DNA of 64,000 bases. Origin: Octopus sinensis. Its lineage: Eukaryota. Shown here piece by piece: positions 14,195 to 27,155 of the stretch. The notes beneath the pieces were generated by a model. The model made no database searches, was not told the DNA's origin, and saw only the letters and a list, made by a program, of their open reading frames with translations. A program made the position numbers and the translations under genes. Position 1 is the first letter of the stretch, and every line of letters starts with the position of its first letter. Where the stretch lies: assembly GCF_006345805.1 (NCBI RefSeq), contig NC_043019.1:32363360-32427359 (forward strand). The letters run 5' to 3'.

Positions 14195-14566
14195 TACCTC
14201 TGCCTTAGCAAATATGGAGGTTTTGTTTTCAGTTGTGTTTGTTTCTTTGTTTGCTTGTCCTTGGACAAGATATCTCAAAAACCGTTGGATGGATTCGGAT
14301 AAAACTTCCAGGGTTGTTTGGCCTCATGACTGGCACAAACTGATTAGATTTTGGGATCGATCCAGTACCGGCCAAGGATTGTGGATTATTTTTCCTGATT
14401 CTTTTTACCTTATTTTTGAGAGCAATCAGATTCATTTTTAGTATTCTCTTTTGTGAGAGCAGTCGAGTTTATTTCAGATATTCTCATTTTAAAAATCATC
14501 TCTGGCTAATCGTTGAGAGGACATTGGTGTTGCCTTGGCGAAGGTTTGCACTCTCTGAGTGCTCTT
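14195..14566 (+). mobile_element. Probable Helentron-associated non-autonomous element (HINE type)
   Basis: 5' ACCTCTGCC...GGAGG, short GTTT/TGTC-rich stretch, subterminal GCCTTGGCGAAGG and 3' hairpin GCACTCTCTGAGTGC. This is the HINE architecture as I recall it. Confidence 0.55.
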
Positions 14567-14781
14567 ATTATTATTAGTATTGTTATTTCTCAAGTAGTGC
14601 TCCACCAGTTTTGTTTGCACCGGCTTCACAATAACATTTTTTTTCTCTCTTCTGCCCATTATTTCTACTCTCTTATAACTCCTCTTTCACCACTTCTTCT
14701 TATACTCCTCTCACCGCCACCCTCTTTGTTCCCTCCACTATCATCATGACCACCTTTTAACTCTTTAGCATTCAGCTTACT

Positions 14782-15174
14782 TTGTGGAGGCGCAATGGCC
14801 CAGTGGTTAGGGCAGCGGACTCGCGATCATAGGATCGCGGTTTCGATTCCCAGACTGGGCGTTGTGAGTGTTTATTGAGCGAAAACACCTAAAAGCCCGA
14901 CGAGGCTCCAGCAGGGGATGGTGGTGATCCCTGCTGTACTCTTTCCCCACAACTTTCTCTCACTCTTACTTTCTGTTTCTGTTGTACCTGTATTTCAAAG
15001 GGCCGGCCTTGTCACTCTCTGTGTCATGCTGAATATCCCCGAGAACTACGTTAAGGGTGCACATGTCTGTGGAGTGCTCAGCCACTTACACGTTAATTTA
15101 ACGAGCAGGCTGTTCCGTTGATTCGGATCAACCGGAACCCTCATCGTCATAACCGACGGAGTGCTTCCTCCCTA
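14782..15174 (+). mobile_element. tRNA-derived SINE, head A with tail a, full length with 12-bp TSD
   Basis: Head GTGGAGGCGCAATGGCCCAGTGGTTAGGGCAGCGGAC...GGTTTCGATTCCC; TSD ATTCAGCTTACT at 14770 and 15175. Confidence 0.9.
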
Positions 15175-15711
15175 ATTCAGCTTACTGTCAAATGTAATGC
15201 TTATATATTCTCGTTGTTTTGCATTAATCCTGAATTATCTCATATTAAATGTATATAGGCGTAGGAGTGGCTGTATGGTAAGTATCTTGCTTACGAACCA
15301 CATGGTTTCTGGTTCAGTCCCTCTGTGTGACACCTTGGGCAAGTGTCTTCTGCTATAGCCTCAGGCCAACCAAAGCCTTGTGAGTGGATTTGGTAGATGG
15401 AAACTGAAAGAAGCCCGTCATATATATCTGTAGGTGTGTTTGTACCCCCCAACATCGTTTGAGAACCGATGCTGGTTTCCTTGGACACTGGAATTATCTT
15501 ATTGTTTCGTGGTCTATTTTTATTTAATTTTTTTTGTTGTTGTTTTTGGTGCCATGATGATGATGCTGCTGGTGGTATTGGAGGTGATGATAGTGATAGT
15601 GGTAATATTGACTGTAATGGTGTTATGGGTAATGGTGGTACTGTTGGTGGTGGTGGTGATGGTATTTGTGATGGTGGTGGTGGCAGCAGCAATGATTTCT
15701 TTTATTTCTAA

Positions 15712-15906
<195 letters not shown>

Positions 15907-15909
15907 TAA

Positions 15910-16130
15910 CCCATTTGATACCAACCCGGCTGAAACCGGCTCTGGCTCTCTAGTACCAATGTCTTGTTTTCATAAGTTCTGAACGAAAATCTTCCGCCAA
16001 ACCTTAGTCACAATTTATGTTCCTAACACTAGCTTAATCATAACTAAGTTATTTTACTAAATTCTTTGTTATATTTAAAGTAATTGAAAGAAACACAGAG
16101 CATCTCAAAATGAATACAGTAACGAAAGGG
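15910..16130. mobile_element. piggyBac-type MITE (TTAA|CCC...GGG|TTAA)
   Basis: TTAA on both sides, termini CCC..TTGATAC / GTAACGAAAGGG; homologous to 29822-30041 and 40113-40328. Confidence 0.8.
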
Positions 16131-16422
16131 TTAAAGGGCCTTTACTCACACTCACATCAACAACAAAAGGCTTTAAAAACCAGGAGAGAAAAAACAAATT
16201 TAACTGCTTTTTCAATAGGAGAAAGAAAACCACATAGTGAAATTGCCTTGTGGTCCAAAAACTGCCCTGTGTGATTTGAAACTACCTTATGCTGCTTTGT
16301 GGTCATATCTCGTTGTTGGGAAAAGCTTGAGGATTGATCCGGCTTTCTGTCAGTTACAACAACAAGTGTTCCAGTTGACCCAGTCAAATATAACAGCCTG
16401 CTCATGAAATTAACATGCAAGT

Positions 16423-16994
16423 GGCTGAGTGCTCCACAGACATGCAAACCCTTAATGTAGTTCTCAGGGAGATTCAGCGTGACACAATGTGACAAGGCTG
16501 ACCCTTTGAATTACAGGTGTACAACTCGTTTTTGCCAGCTGAGTGGACTGGAGCAACGAGAAATAAAGTGTCTTGCTCAAGGACTCAACACATCACCAGG
16601 AATTGAACTCACAGCTTTGCAACTGTGGGTTGAATACTCTACCCACTGAGCAACATGCCTTCTTAAGGAGCAAACCCCTAGGAACTACCATGTGTTGGAA
16701 CCTTTAAGGCTGAGTGCTCCACGGACATGCAAACCCTTAATACAGTTCTCAAGGTGATTTAGCATGACACAATGTGACAAGGCTGACCCTTTGAATTACA
16801 GGTGTACAACTCGTTTTTGCCAGCTGAGTGGACTGGAGCAACAAGAAATAAAGTGTCTTGCTCAAGGACTCAACACATCACCAGGAATTGAACTCACAGC
16901 TTTGCAACTGTGGGTTGAATACTCTACCCACTGAGCAACATGCCTTCTTAAGGAGCAAACCCCTAGGAACTACCATGTGTTGGAACCCCTAAGG
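16423..16994. repeat. 285-bp tandem duplication covering part of a head B/tail a SINE plus flank
   Basis: GGCTGAGTGCTCC at 16423 and 16708; several substitutions between the two copies. Confidence 0.9.
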
Positions 16995-19900
16995 CAGTTG
17001 GACGTTGTCTAGAACCTTGTTATGAGTACCTCCTTCAATGACACCTGTGCCATATTGTAAGAGCCATGCTGTTTCTTTGGATCCTTTAGTGATGCTGAGA
17101 AGGGGATATGCTGCATGGGGAACAACTTGTCTCATTGTCCAGGTTTGGATCCTATCGAACACTCCATACTGGACAAATAGACACTGTGCCTATGGGGTGG
17201 CCAACTAGGGTCCATCCATGGTCATTAATATTACAATGATCTTTTGGGGGATCAGAGTTAGAACTGCTGCATGTGATTGTGTGTTTCTACGGAGGAATGG
17301 TTTCCTTGGACACTGGAATTATCTTATTGTTTCGTTGTCTATTTTTATTTAATTTTTTTGTTGTTTTTGGTGCCATGATACTGATGCTAATGGTGGTGGT
17401 ATTGGTGGCGAGCTGGCAGAAACATTAGTATTTCGTCTGCCGTTACGTTGTGAGTTCAAATTCCGCTGAGGTCGACTTTGCCTTTCATCCTTTCAGGGTC
17501 GATTAAATAAGTACCAGCTACGCAAGGTGTCGATGTAATCAACTTAATACCTATGTCTGTCCTTGTTTGTACCCTCTATGTTTAGCCCCTTGTGGGTAAT
17601 AAAGAAATAGGTATTGAAGGTAATGACAGACAGAGGCACAGTAAGATTTTCCAGAAAACCTTATCTTGTGCATAAATCACTTCCATCATCACTTTAATGT
17701 CTGCTTTTCCATGCTTGCATGGATTCGATAGAATTTGTTGAGGTGGATTTTTCTATAGCCAGATGCCTTTCTTGTCACTAACCCTCACCTCTTTCCAAAT
17801 AAGGTAATATCTCCCCATTAGCCAGACATGTTCTTCACAGAAGATTCAAAATGGAAGATACCTATTTCTTTACTACCCACAAGGGGCTAAACACAGAGAG
17901 GACAAACAAGACAGACAAATGGACAGACAAAGTCGATTACATCGTCCCTCGGGCGTAACTGGTACTTAATTTATCGACCCCGAAAGGATGAAAGGCAAAG
18001 TCGACCATGGCGAAATTTGAACTCAGAACATAAAGGCAGACGAAATACGGCTACGCATTTCACCCAGCATGCTAACGTTTCTGCCAGCTCGCAGCCTTAT
18101 TCAAAACGGAAGACACCACTTGTATGCCAGTGACTTTCATTTGCAGCTGGGACACAGTGCACAGTGTCAGATAAGGAGACGCAGTTATATGCATACACGC
18201 GCACAGTTTCCATCCACCAAATCCACTCGTAAGCCTTTGGTCGGCCCACGACTATAGCAGAAGACACCAAGGTGCTGTGCAGTGGGACTGAACTGAGAAC
18301 CACATGGTTCAGAAGTAAATTTCTTACCACACAGCCATGCCTATGCCTGTAAATATTTAAAAGCACCATACGAGTGTCATCATTGACAGAGCGGCTAACC
18401 GGCTTCCGTGCCAGTGGCACTTAAAAGGCACCATTCCAGCATGATCGTTACCAGCGTCGCCTTAAAGAGCACCATCCGAGCGTGATCATTGCCAGAGCAG
18501 CTATCTGGCCTCCGTGCCGGTGGCATGTAAAAGACACCATTCGAGCAAGGTCGTTGCTAGTACCGACTGACTGGCACATAAAAAGCACCTACTACACTCT
18601 CGGAGTGGTTGGCGTTAGGAAGAGCATCCAGCTGTAGAAACTCTGCCAGATCAAGATTGAAGCCTGGTGCAGCCATCTGGTTCGCCAGCTCTCAGTCATT
18701 CGTCCAAACCATACAAGCATGGAAAGTGGGTGTTAAACGATGATGATGTGATTGCATATGTGTATATATTACATACATATAAACATTGAAAGGGATATAT
18801 ATATATTTAAGTATACACACACGCAGAAACCCAGGGTGCATTGTAAAATCTCTTACCATGGTACAGATAAAATTGGGTTCCTTTTTTTGCCCCCTCTTTC
18901 CATTCAACGCCTGTTGTCAATGACTTCTTGTTTGTTTGTTTTCTTTCTATTCTGAAAGAAAATTTTCCACTTCACCAAGCATGAAAAATGTCACCTGACA
19001 AATGTTGTAGTTGTTATTTCTGGTTACTATTATGTTTGCTTGTCTGTCTGTGTGTCTTTGACTATTGGCTCTGATTTCTGAAATATCTAAAGAAAGTGGT
19101 GTGGTGGGGGAAGCCATGACTTTCCTTCCATTGGTTTTGAGAGGCAGCTGGAGGCAAGAATATCTGTTTTCATCTCATCTTTTCTCTTTCTTGTCTCTCC
19201 TTTTTCCTTTGCATCTTGAACCTCTGTTTGCGAACAAATATTGAACATTACAAGTGTCACAAAAGGACATCTTTAACATGGCTGGACTGGCATCCCGATG
19301 ACTGTCCCTTTCCCTTCAGGGCCCAAGGATACCTCACCTCTTGACATTTGTTGTCACTCTACAAAACTGAGGAGAGATAAGGGCCAGATTTAATATATGG
19401 GGCCAGTATAGACCAGATATAAATCCAGTGGCCTCAAACAACGAAGGCCCTTTTATAAAGCTTTTGCATTAAAATTTTTTTAAATATATTTACAGCAAGC
19501 AAATAAATAATTTGTAGATTTTTTATGGCTGGATGCTCTTCATCATCATCATCGTTTAACGTCCGCTTTCCATGCTAGCATGGGTTGGACGGTTCAACTG
19601 GGGTCTGGGAAGCCAGAAGGCTGCATCAGGCCCAGTCTGATCTGGCAGTGTTTCTACAGCTGGATGCCCTTCCTAACGCCAACTCTTCCTGTTAAAAACC
19701 CTACATAAGGTTTCCATGAAACACACAAAATACCCGTGGAATGCTCAGCCCCTTTACACCTCCCGATATTAATAAGTGTGGAGGTGCATGGCATTAGTGG
19801 TTAGACTTTTGCGCTCGTGATCATAAGAGCGTGGTTTCATTTCCTAGACCCGGGTGATAGTGTGTGTTGTTGAGCAAAACATTTTATTTCACACATTGCT

Positions 19901-20184
19901 TCAGTTTGTTCAGCTTGCAAAAATGGATAATCGTACGACAGTAGGGTGTCCGGGGGGGGGGTGTATGTGCCACAGAAACCAAGAAGCTGACTTTACGAGC
20001 CTATTGCTCCAGATTGGCCTCTGATACTTTTGATCTTAATAAGTAGGTAACTCCATTGAATCGAGCAACTGGAATACTCCTTGTGTAGTCAACAGTTGTT
20101 TTTAGTTTCATCCAGATTTCTTGATGCGACCCGGTGCCATGTGACTGGAGGAACCAGATGACCACATTCACTGATTGGAGATAA

Positions 20185-20562
20185 TCTCTATATATATAAA
20201 CGGCAAAATGTCTGTCTGTGTGTGTGTGTGTGTATATCCTTTATACAAATCAACAATTTTTCGGTTAGAGGGCTCGCACTTTCTATGGTCATTCAAAACC
20301 GTCCAAGGGTGGTCGTGCACATCTTTACATTTCCCCAGTCACCCCGCAAAGCCATTAAAAAATCATTAGAAGTGACTTTTTTGTGAATTTTCTATCCAAA
20401 ACCCAATCAAAATGCCCGAAACTTGATACGCCAATTGAATGCCAGCTAGCTGTAGGTGATTGGTCGGAGATTTGGACAGTACTCGCGTGTATGTGCATGC
20501 GCACACAGCTGTATATGCATGCATTAGCACCTTGACACGGCGTTGCCGGTTCATAGTGCTAG
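20185..20562 (+). mobile_element. Non-autonomous Helitron-type element, family H1
   Basis: A|TC 5' end, CGGC-GTT-GCCG hairpin, CTAG|T 3' end, no TSD; second copy at 58984-59337. Confidence 0.75.
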
Positions 20563-20565
20563 TAA

Positions 20566-20700
<135 letters not shown>

Positions 20701-21084
20701 TAAGAACCGCTTTTACTCATTCAATTAAGTCCCCTACTTCCTGTGGAACCCCTTTGATCCCTTTCGAGCAAAGATCATCGATGACTTTCCTTCACTGTTC
20801 TCATCTCGAGATTGTCTTTTCCACTTCTCTCTATTTGGATCACAGCATTTTCAACTTTGCTTCAGTATCCTGACTCCATTAGTTTTTAGGGCATCCCTCT
20901 TTCCTGCTTCCCTTCTGGGTTCCAGGACAGAGCCTGCTGTTTAATGTACCATGTTGGTTCCCTTTCAGATTTTGCTGTGCCACATCATATATTATTAGCA
21001 CACCAGCCAGAATGCTTAGCCACATTTCATCCGTCCTTACGTTCTAAGTTCAAATTCTGCCAAAGTCAACTTTTCCTTTCATCC

Positions 21085-21352
21085 TTTCAGGGTTAGGAAA
21101 TTAGTACCAATTACACACTGAATTTAATGTAATCTATTTCTTTACTACCCACAAGGGGCTAAACACAGAGAGACAAACGGATTAAGTCGATTATATCGAC
21201 CCCAGTGCATAACTGGTACTTATTTAATCGACCCCGAAAGGATGAAAGGCAAAGTCGACCTCGGCGGAATTTGAACTCAGAACGGAGCGGCAGGCGAAAT
21301 ACTGCTAAGCATTTCGCCCAACGTGCTAACGATTCTGCCAGCTCGCCGCCTT
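21085..21352 (-). mobile_element. SINE family M, long-tail subfamily
   Basis: Closely similar to 17868-18110 and 25120-25345; ends ...GCCCCTTGTGGGTAGTAAAGAAATAG on the sense strand. Confidence 0.85.
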
Positions 21353-22434
21353 AAATTTAATTTAATCTGAATTTAATGTAATCGACTCCTCCTCCCCCAC
21401 CAAAAAAATTTCAGGCTTTGTGCTTTTAGTAGAGAGGATTATCATATGGTTTAGAAACTTAGTAATAACAAGCTTATTAACATTGAGGTTTATTATTAAT
21501 TAATAAACATTTGAGCGATAAAATTAATTAGTAATAAATTTTATTTGTAATTCGACTTATTGTTAAATACACTTGCTAGGGATTAACTTATTAGCAGTAT
21601 ACTTATCAGGATAAAAGTATTAAGAAATTTATAATTAACAAACTGTTAATAAACAACTAATAATAATATTATTGGTAATAGATTGTAAAAACCCTTAATC
21701 AGTTGATAAGGTTTAATAATCTACTTACTACCGATAAAGTTTGTAATAAGCACCGCGATTAACTTTGCCTTTCATCCCTCCTGTGGGTGGGGCGGTTGTT
21801 AAAATAAAGTACCAGGCAAGGACTCGGTTTGTTAATATAGATAGACCAAACCCTGCAGCCCCTAAAATTGCAGTCCTTTAACGTAATCCAAAAAGTGCAA
21901 GGTGTGAAGCTGGAAGAATCGTTGCCATATGCAACATCTGTCTTTATGTTCTGAGTTCAAATTCCAGCGAGATTGACTTTGCTTTACATCCTTTCAGGGT
22001 CAATACATTAAGTACCTGTTGACTGCTAGGGGTCATGTATTCAAGTAGCCCCATCCACCAAATTATTCAGGCCTTGTGAAGATTATTCGTTTTTATTAAG
22101 GTGAAGGTGGCGAGCTGGCAGAATCGTTAGCTTGACAACTGATGTTGGTGAGTTTACATCCACCGTTACTTACAAGTTCGGAGGGGGGGGGCTGATAGAA
22201 TAAGTACAAGGCTTACAAAGAATAAGTCCTGGGGTCGATTTGTTTGAGTAAAGGCGGTGCTCCAGCATGGCCACTGTCAAATGACTGAAACAAGTAAAAG
22301 AGTAAAAGACGTATGCCTCGATATATGAGTTCATTTCCAAACAACACTCGTAAACAGAAAATGAATCTTGTAAAAGCTTGTGAAGCAGGGTCCTCGTAAA
22401 GGGCCGTGTTATGGTGTGTATATATTCTTATTCC

Positions 22435-22830
22435 TTTAGTCTTTTATTTGTTTCAGTCATTTGACTGTGGCCATGCTGGAGCACCGCCTTTAAGTCGAAC
22501 AAATCAACCCCAGGACAGGACTTATTCCTTATAAGCCTAGTACTTATTCTATCAGTCTCTTTTGCCAAACCGTTAAGTTACAGATATGTAAACACACCAA
22601 CATTGGTTGCTAAGCGATGTGGGGGGGGGGGTGCAAACACAAAACACAAACATACACACACATATATATATATGTACGATGGGCTTCTTGCAGCTTTCAC
22701 CTACCAAATCCACTCACAAGGCTTTGGTTGGCCCAAGGCTATAGTAGAAGACACTTGCCCAAGGTGCCACACAGTGGGACTGAACCCGAGAACCATGTGG
22801 TTGGTAAGCAAACTACTTACCATGCAGCCA
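22435..22830 (-). mobile_element. SINE family C copy
   Basis: Tail-to-head reverse complement of the family C pattern. Confidence 0.85.
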
Positions 22831-23142
22831 CTCCATATATATGACTAATGAACACAAACAGACAAGGTAGATAGGTAGACAGACAAATAAACAGATGCAC
22901 AGTGGCTTTAAATAAAAATAAGAAAATAAAAATTTTTAAAAAAAAACACACCTTAGTTACTACTAGTAGTAGTAATTAGGGTAGAGTGACAAAAGCTGTA
23001 AATGATGCAGTGAACCACAGAGTGACCCGGTAGATAGTTGTAACTGAATATGATGCTATTGTTCACAAATATGCGTATACACAATATACACCCTCATAGC
23101 ACTCGCATACGCACACACACTTCTGAAAAGATGATGGTGGTG

Positions 23143-23310
23143 GTAGGAGTGGCTGTGTGGTAAGTAGCTTGCTTACGAACCACATGGTTCAGGGTTCAGT
23201 CCCACTGCGTGGCACTTTGGGTACGTGTCATCTACTATAGCCTCGGGCCGACCAAAGCCTTGTGAGTGGATTTGGTAGACGGAAACTGAAAGAAGCCTGT
23301 CGTATATATG

Positions 23311-23342
<32 letters not shown>

Positions 23343-23550
23343 CGTGTTTGTGTGTCTATGTTTGTCCCCCTAGCATTGCTTGACAACCAATGCTGGTGTG
23401 TTTACGTCCCCCGTAACTTAGCGGTTCAACAAAAAAGAGACCAATAAAATAAGTACTAGGCTTACAAAGAATAAGTCCTGGGGTCGATTTGATTGACTAA
23501 AGGCGGTGCTCCAGCATGGCCACAGTCACATGACTGAAACAAGTAAAAGC
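23143..23550 (+). mobile_element. SINE family C copy
   Basis: Head GGAGTGGCTGTGTGGTAAGTAGCTTGC...GGTTCAGTCCCACTG through to the ACAAGTAAAAG tail. Confidence 0.88.
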
Positions 23551-23741
23551 GTGGTGATTAGCATAGGCCCAAACCCTGAAGTTATGGGGAAGGGACTAGT
23601 CAGTTAGTGCACAGGATAAAATGTTTATCAGTATTTCGCCCTTTCAGGGTCGATAAAATAAGTACCAATTGAACACTGGAACCGATGTAATCGACTCATC
23701 CCCTCCCACAAAATTGCTGCCCTTCTGGCAAAATTTGAAAC

Positions 23742-23774
<33 letters not shown>

Positions 23775-23890
23775 GGCAGTGAGCTGGCAGAATCATTAGC
23801 ATGCCTGCCAAAATGCTTAATGGAATTTCATCTGTCTTTACATTCTGAGTTCAAATTCTTCTGAGATTGACTATGCCTTTCATCTTTTCA

Positions 23891-24205
23891 GGGTCGATTA
23901 AATAAGTACCAGTTACGCACTGGGGTCGATTAGATAAGTACCAGTTACGCACTGGGGTCGATTAAATAAGTACCAGTTATGCACTGGGTTCGAGTAAATA
24001 AGTACCAGTTATGCACTGGGTTCGAGTAAATAAGTACCAGTTATGCACTGGGTTCGATTAAATAAGTACCAGTTACATATTGGGGTCGATTAAATAAGTA
24101 CCAGTTACGCACTGGAGTTGATTAAATAAGTACCAGTTATGCACTGAGGTCGAAGTACCAGTTACACACTGGGGTCAATTAAATAAGTACCAGTTATGCA
24201 CTGGG
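23891..24205. repeat. 32-bp minisatellite, about 10 units (GGGGTCGATTAAATAAGTACCAGTTACGCACT), inside a family M SINE
   Basis: Units at about 23891, 23922, 23954 and onward; SINE head upstream at about 23775 and tail downstream to about 24280. Confidence 0.93.
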
Positions 24206-25527
24206 TTTAATGTAATCGACTTAATCCCTTTGTCCTTGTTTGTTCCCTCTATGTCTAGCACCACTGTGGGCAATAAAGAAATAATAATAATTATTGTTAT
24301 TATTTTCATCATCATCACCATCACCAGTTGAGTAGGTGTTTTGAGATGGAAAAGATGTTTCTTTACTTTATAGATTTAGGGTTTGGATTAAGATAATTTT
24401 GTATGGAATTCAAGAATTAATGGGATCCAATGAATGAACAAAGGTCCCAGATTGCATGAGGCACAAGTAAGCTTTGTTGAGTGCTATTGACTGACCATGA
24501 CCCAGACAGGGTGCAGCAAGGGGGAACTGGCTACTCCAGAGCTCTCAGTATGTGAAAAATGCCAGAGAGGAGTGGATTGAATAAAGCGATGTAATAATAC
24601 TCTACTTAAATGCCACCGGCAGCCACCTTGTCTATCTATTATGTCGAGGATCTAATCACTTGTCACTTGCAGGTTGACAATACTATCTGGCCTCTCTCAT
24701 TGACGAACAATAAGTCATCTGTGTGTGTGTGTTGGTATGAAGTGAAATGGTTGTGTGCCATGGGGTGGTTTTGTGATGTTATGATGTATGCATTTGTGTG
24801 TGTGTGTGTGTTCATTCATTAGTTTTATGTTTGCTTTTTTTTTTTCATGCTGGCATGGGTTAGGTGGATCCTTCTTGGAGGCAGTATTTTGCAACCTGGA
24901 TGTAGACTGTGTGGTTAGAAGTTTGTTTACCAAACCTTTGTGAGTGGGTCTAGTAGGCAGAAACTAAAAGAAGCCTGTTTGTGTGTGTGCGTGTATCACT
25001 GTCTCCTTGCCTTCACATTGTGTGATAGTTGTAAACGAATGTGACAGTCTTGCAAATGGTATCCTTCATTTCCAATTTTCCATCATAATGTATCTCGTTA
25101 CGGGGGAATAGTAACCTATTTCTTTACTACTCACAAGGGGCTAAACACAGAGAGGACAAACAAGGACGGACAAACGGATTAAGTCGATTATATCGACCCC
25201 AGTGCGTAACTGGTACTTAATTTATCGACCCCGAAAGGATGAAAGGCAAAGTCGACCTCGGCGGAATTTGAACTCAGAACGTAACGGCAGACGAAATACG
25301 GCTACGCATTTCGCCCAGCGTGCTAACGGTTCTGCCAGCTCGCAAGCGGGTATGGGTTGGTGACAGGAAGAGCATCCGGCCATAGGAAATCCGTCTCAAG
25401 GAAACTCCGTCTGCCCCATGCAAGCATGGAAAAGCAGACATTAAGCACAACGATCATAATGACAAAGAAAAATGATTTGTTTTATTGTTTTTCATATTTT
25501 TCTTTTATTCTTTTTTTATATTTCCAG

Positions 25528-25688
25528 TTCATATAACTTTGCAACTGATGGTTTCCATGCAGCCACCACCAATGCAAATCTGTGTATAGCCACTGGTGTT
25601 CGCGGAGGAGTCGACTGGATGCGGAAGCTCGCCTTTCGGTACCGACGGATAAAGGAGATATACAATAGTTACAGAAATAATGTAGGAG
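25528..25688 (+). CDS. eya: eyes absent, exon C (phase 2-1): [53 protein letters not shown](G)
   Basis: Contains [17 protein letters not shown], diagnostic of Eya; long pyrimidine tract then ttccAG; donor GTTGGT; 161 nt. Confidence 0.97.
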
Positions 25689-25725
25689 GTTGGTATTTGT
25701 CATTTTGGATCACTCTCTCTTTTAC

Positions 25726-26150
25726 TCTTTTACTCTTTTACTTGTTTCAGTCATTTGACTGCGGCCATGCTGGAGCACCGCCTTTAGTCGAACAAAAAGA
25801 CCCCAGGACTTATTCTTTGTAAACCCAGTACTTATTCTATCACTCTCTTTTGCTGAACAACTAAGTGACGGCGACTTAAACACACCAGCATCGGTTGTCA
25901 AGCAATGCTTGGGGGACAAACACAGACACACAAACATACATACACACACACACACATATATATATATACACATATATATATATACGATGGGCTTCTTTCA
26001 GTTTCCGTCTACCAAATCCACTCACAAGGCTTTGGTCGGCCCGGGGCTATAGTAGAAGACACTTGCCCAAGATGCCACGCAGTGGGACTGAACCCAGAAC
26101 CATGTGGTTGGTAAGCAAGCTACTTACCACACAGCCACTCTTGCACCTAT
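25726..26150 (-). mobile_element. SINE family C copy starting about 40 nt after the exon C donor
   Basis: Full reverse-complement copy. Confidence 0.88.
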
Positions 26151-26686
26151 GATTAGTTATTGATTTATTATGAAGTTGCTGATAGAAATGATAGTTACTG
26201 ACATTTTAGGCTAAAAAAAGGGGGAAAACATCAAGAACAAGGTATTTGGGGTTAGAAATAAGTGGCAAATACCCTAGAGTACATTTTCATTCAAATATAT
26301 ATTTACTAGACATTTCTAAATGAAAATATATGGGATAATATCTTAAGAGATTAAATACCATCACTACCATTATCCTTACTATCACACTCATGCCTTTGGT
26401 CCCCTGGGGCAGCAGACCCCAACCACCAACTTACAGACTAGTACCAGGCCATTGGGTCACTTAGTATCAAGCCATTCAGGAAGAATAAAATTTTATTTTA
26501 TTGACAATCAATCGCAGTCTTGCATGGTTCTGGGTTCAGTCCCACTGTGTAGCACCTTGGGCAGGTCTATTCTGCCATAGCCTTGTGAATGGATTTGGTA
26601 GACGGAAATGACTACACACACACACTCCCTTTCACGTATTTGTTCTTGCATATTAATGCATGTTGCCATTTTTTGTTGCATTCCAG

Positions 26687-26801
26687 GTTTATTAGGTCCG
26701 CAGAAACGGGAACAGTGGCTTCAATTGAGGCAAGAAATTGAAAACATCACAGACAGTTGGCTAACAATGGCATTGAAATCTCTCAACATAATCAACACCA
26801 G
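26687..26801 (+). CDS. eya: eyes absent, exon D (phase 1-2): [37 protein letters not shown](R)
   Basis: Eya-domain match; ttccAG acceptor, GTACGT donor; 115 nt. Confidence 0.96.
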
Positions 26802-26819
26802 GTACGTATATTATATTTT

Positions 26820-27111
26820 ATATATCATATATATCACATGACCGACCAGACCATCAGATGTTGTTACACATCGCTGGTCACAATGCATTCGCATTGTTTT
26901 AGCCTTCGAATGACGCCACCCCGCTGGCTAAGCGAGCAGGCCAACAGAAGAAAGAGTGGTGAAAGAGTACAGCAGGGATCACCACTCCCTGCCGGAGCCT
27001 CGTGGAGCTTCTGGGTGTTTTCGCTCAATAAACACTCACAACACCCAGTCTGGGAATCAAAACCGCAATCCTACGACCGCGAGTCCGCTGCCCTAACCAC
27101 TGGGCCTCCAC
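26820..27111 (-). mobile_element. SINE, head A with tail b
   Basis: Head A and core (TTGTGAGTGTTTATTGAGCGAAAACACC) intact; 3' module differs from tail a. Confidence 0.8.
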
Positions 27112-27116
27112 ATCAT

Positions 27117-27155
<39 letters not shown>

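Noticed and set aside
14784-14860. Functional tRNA genes at SINE heads
   Set aside because: A/B boxes are present, but there is no closing acceptor stem and each continues into a SINE body with TSD and tail.
21440-21760. Very AT-rich island as a NUMT
   Set aside because: No mitochondrial gene or rRNA motif was recognisable and frames checked were interrupted; more like decayed TAA/TTA low complexity. BLASTn against the mitogenome would settle it.
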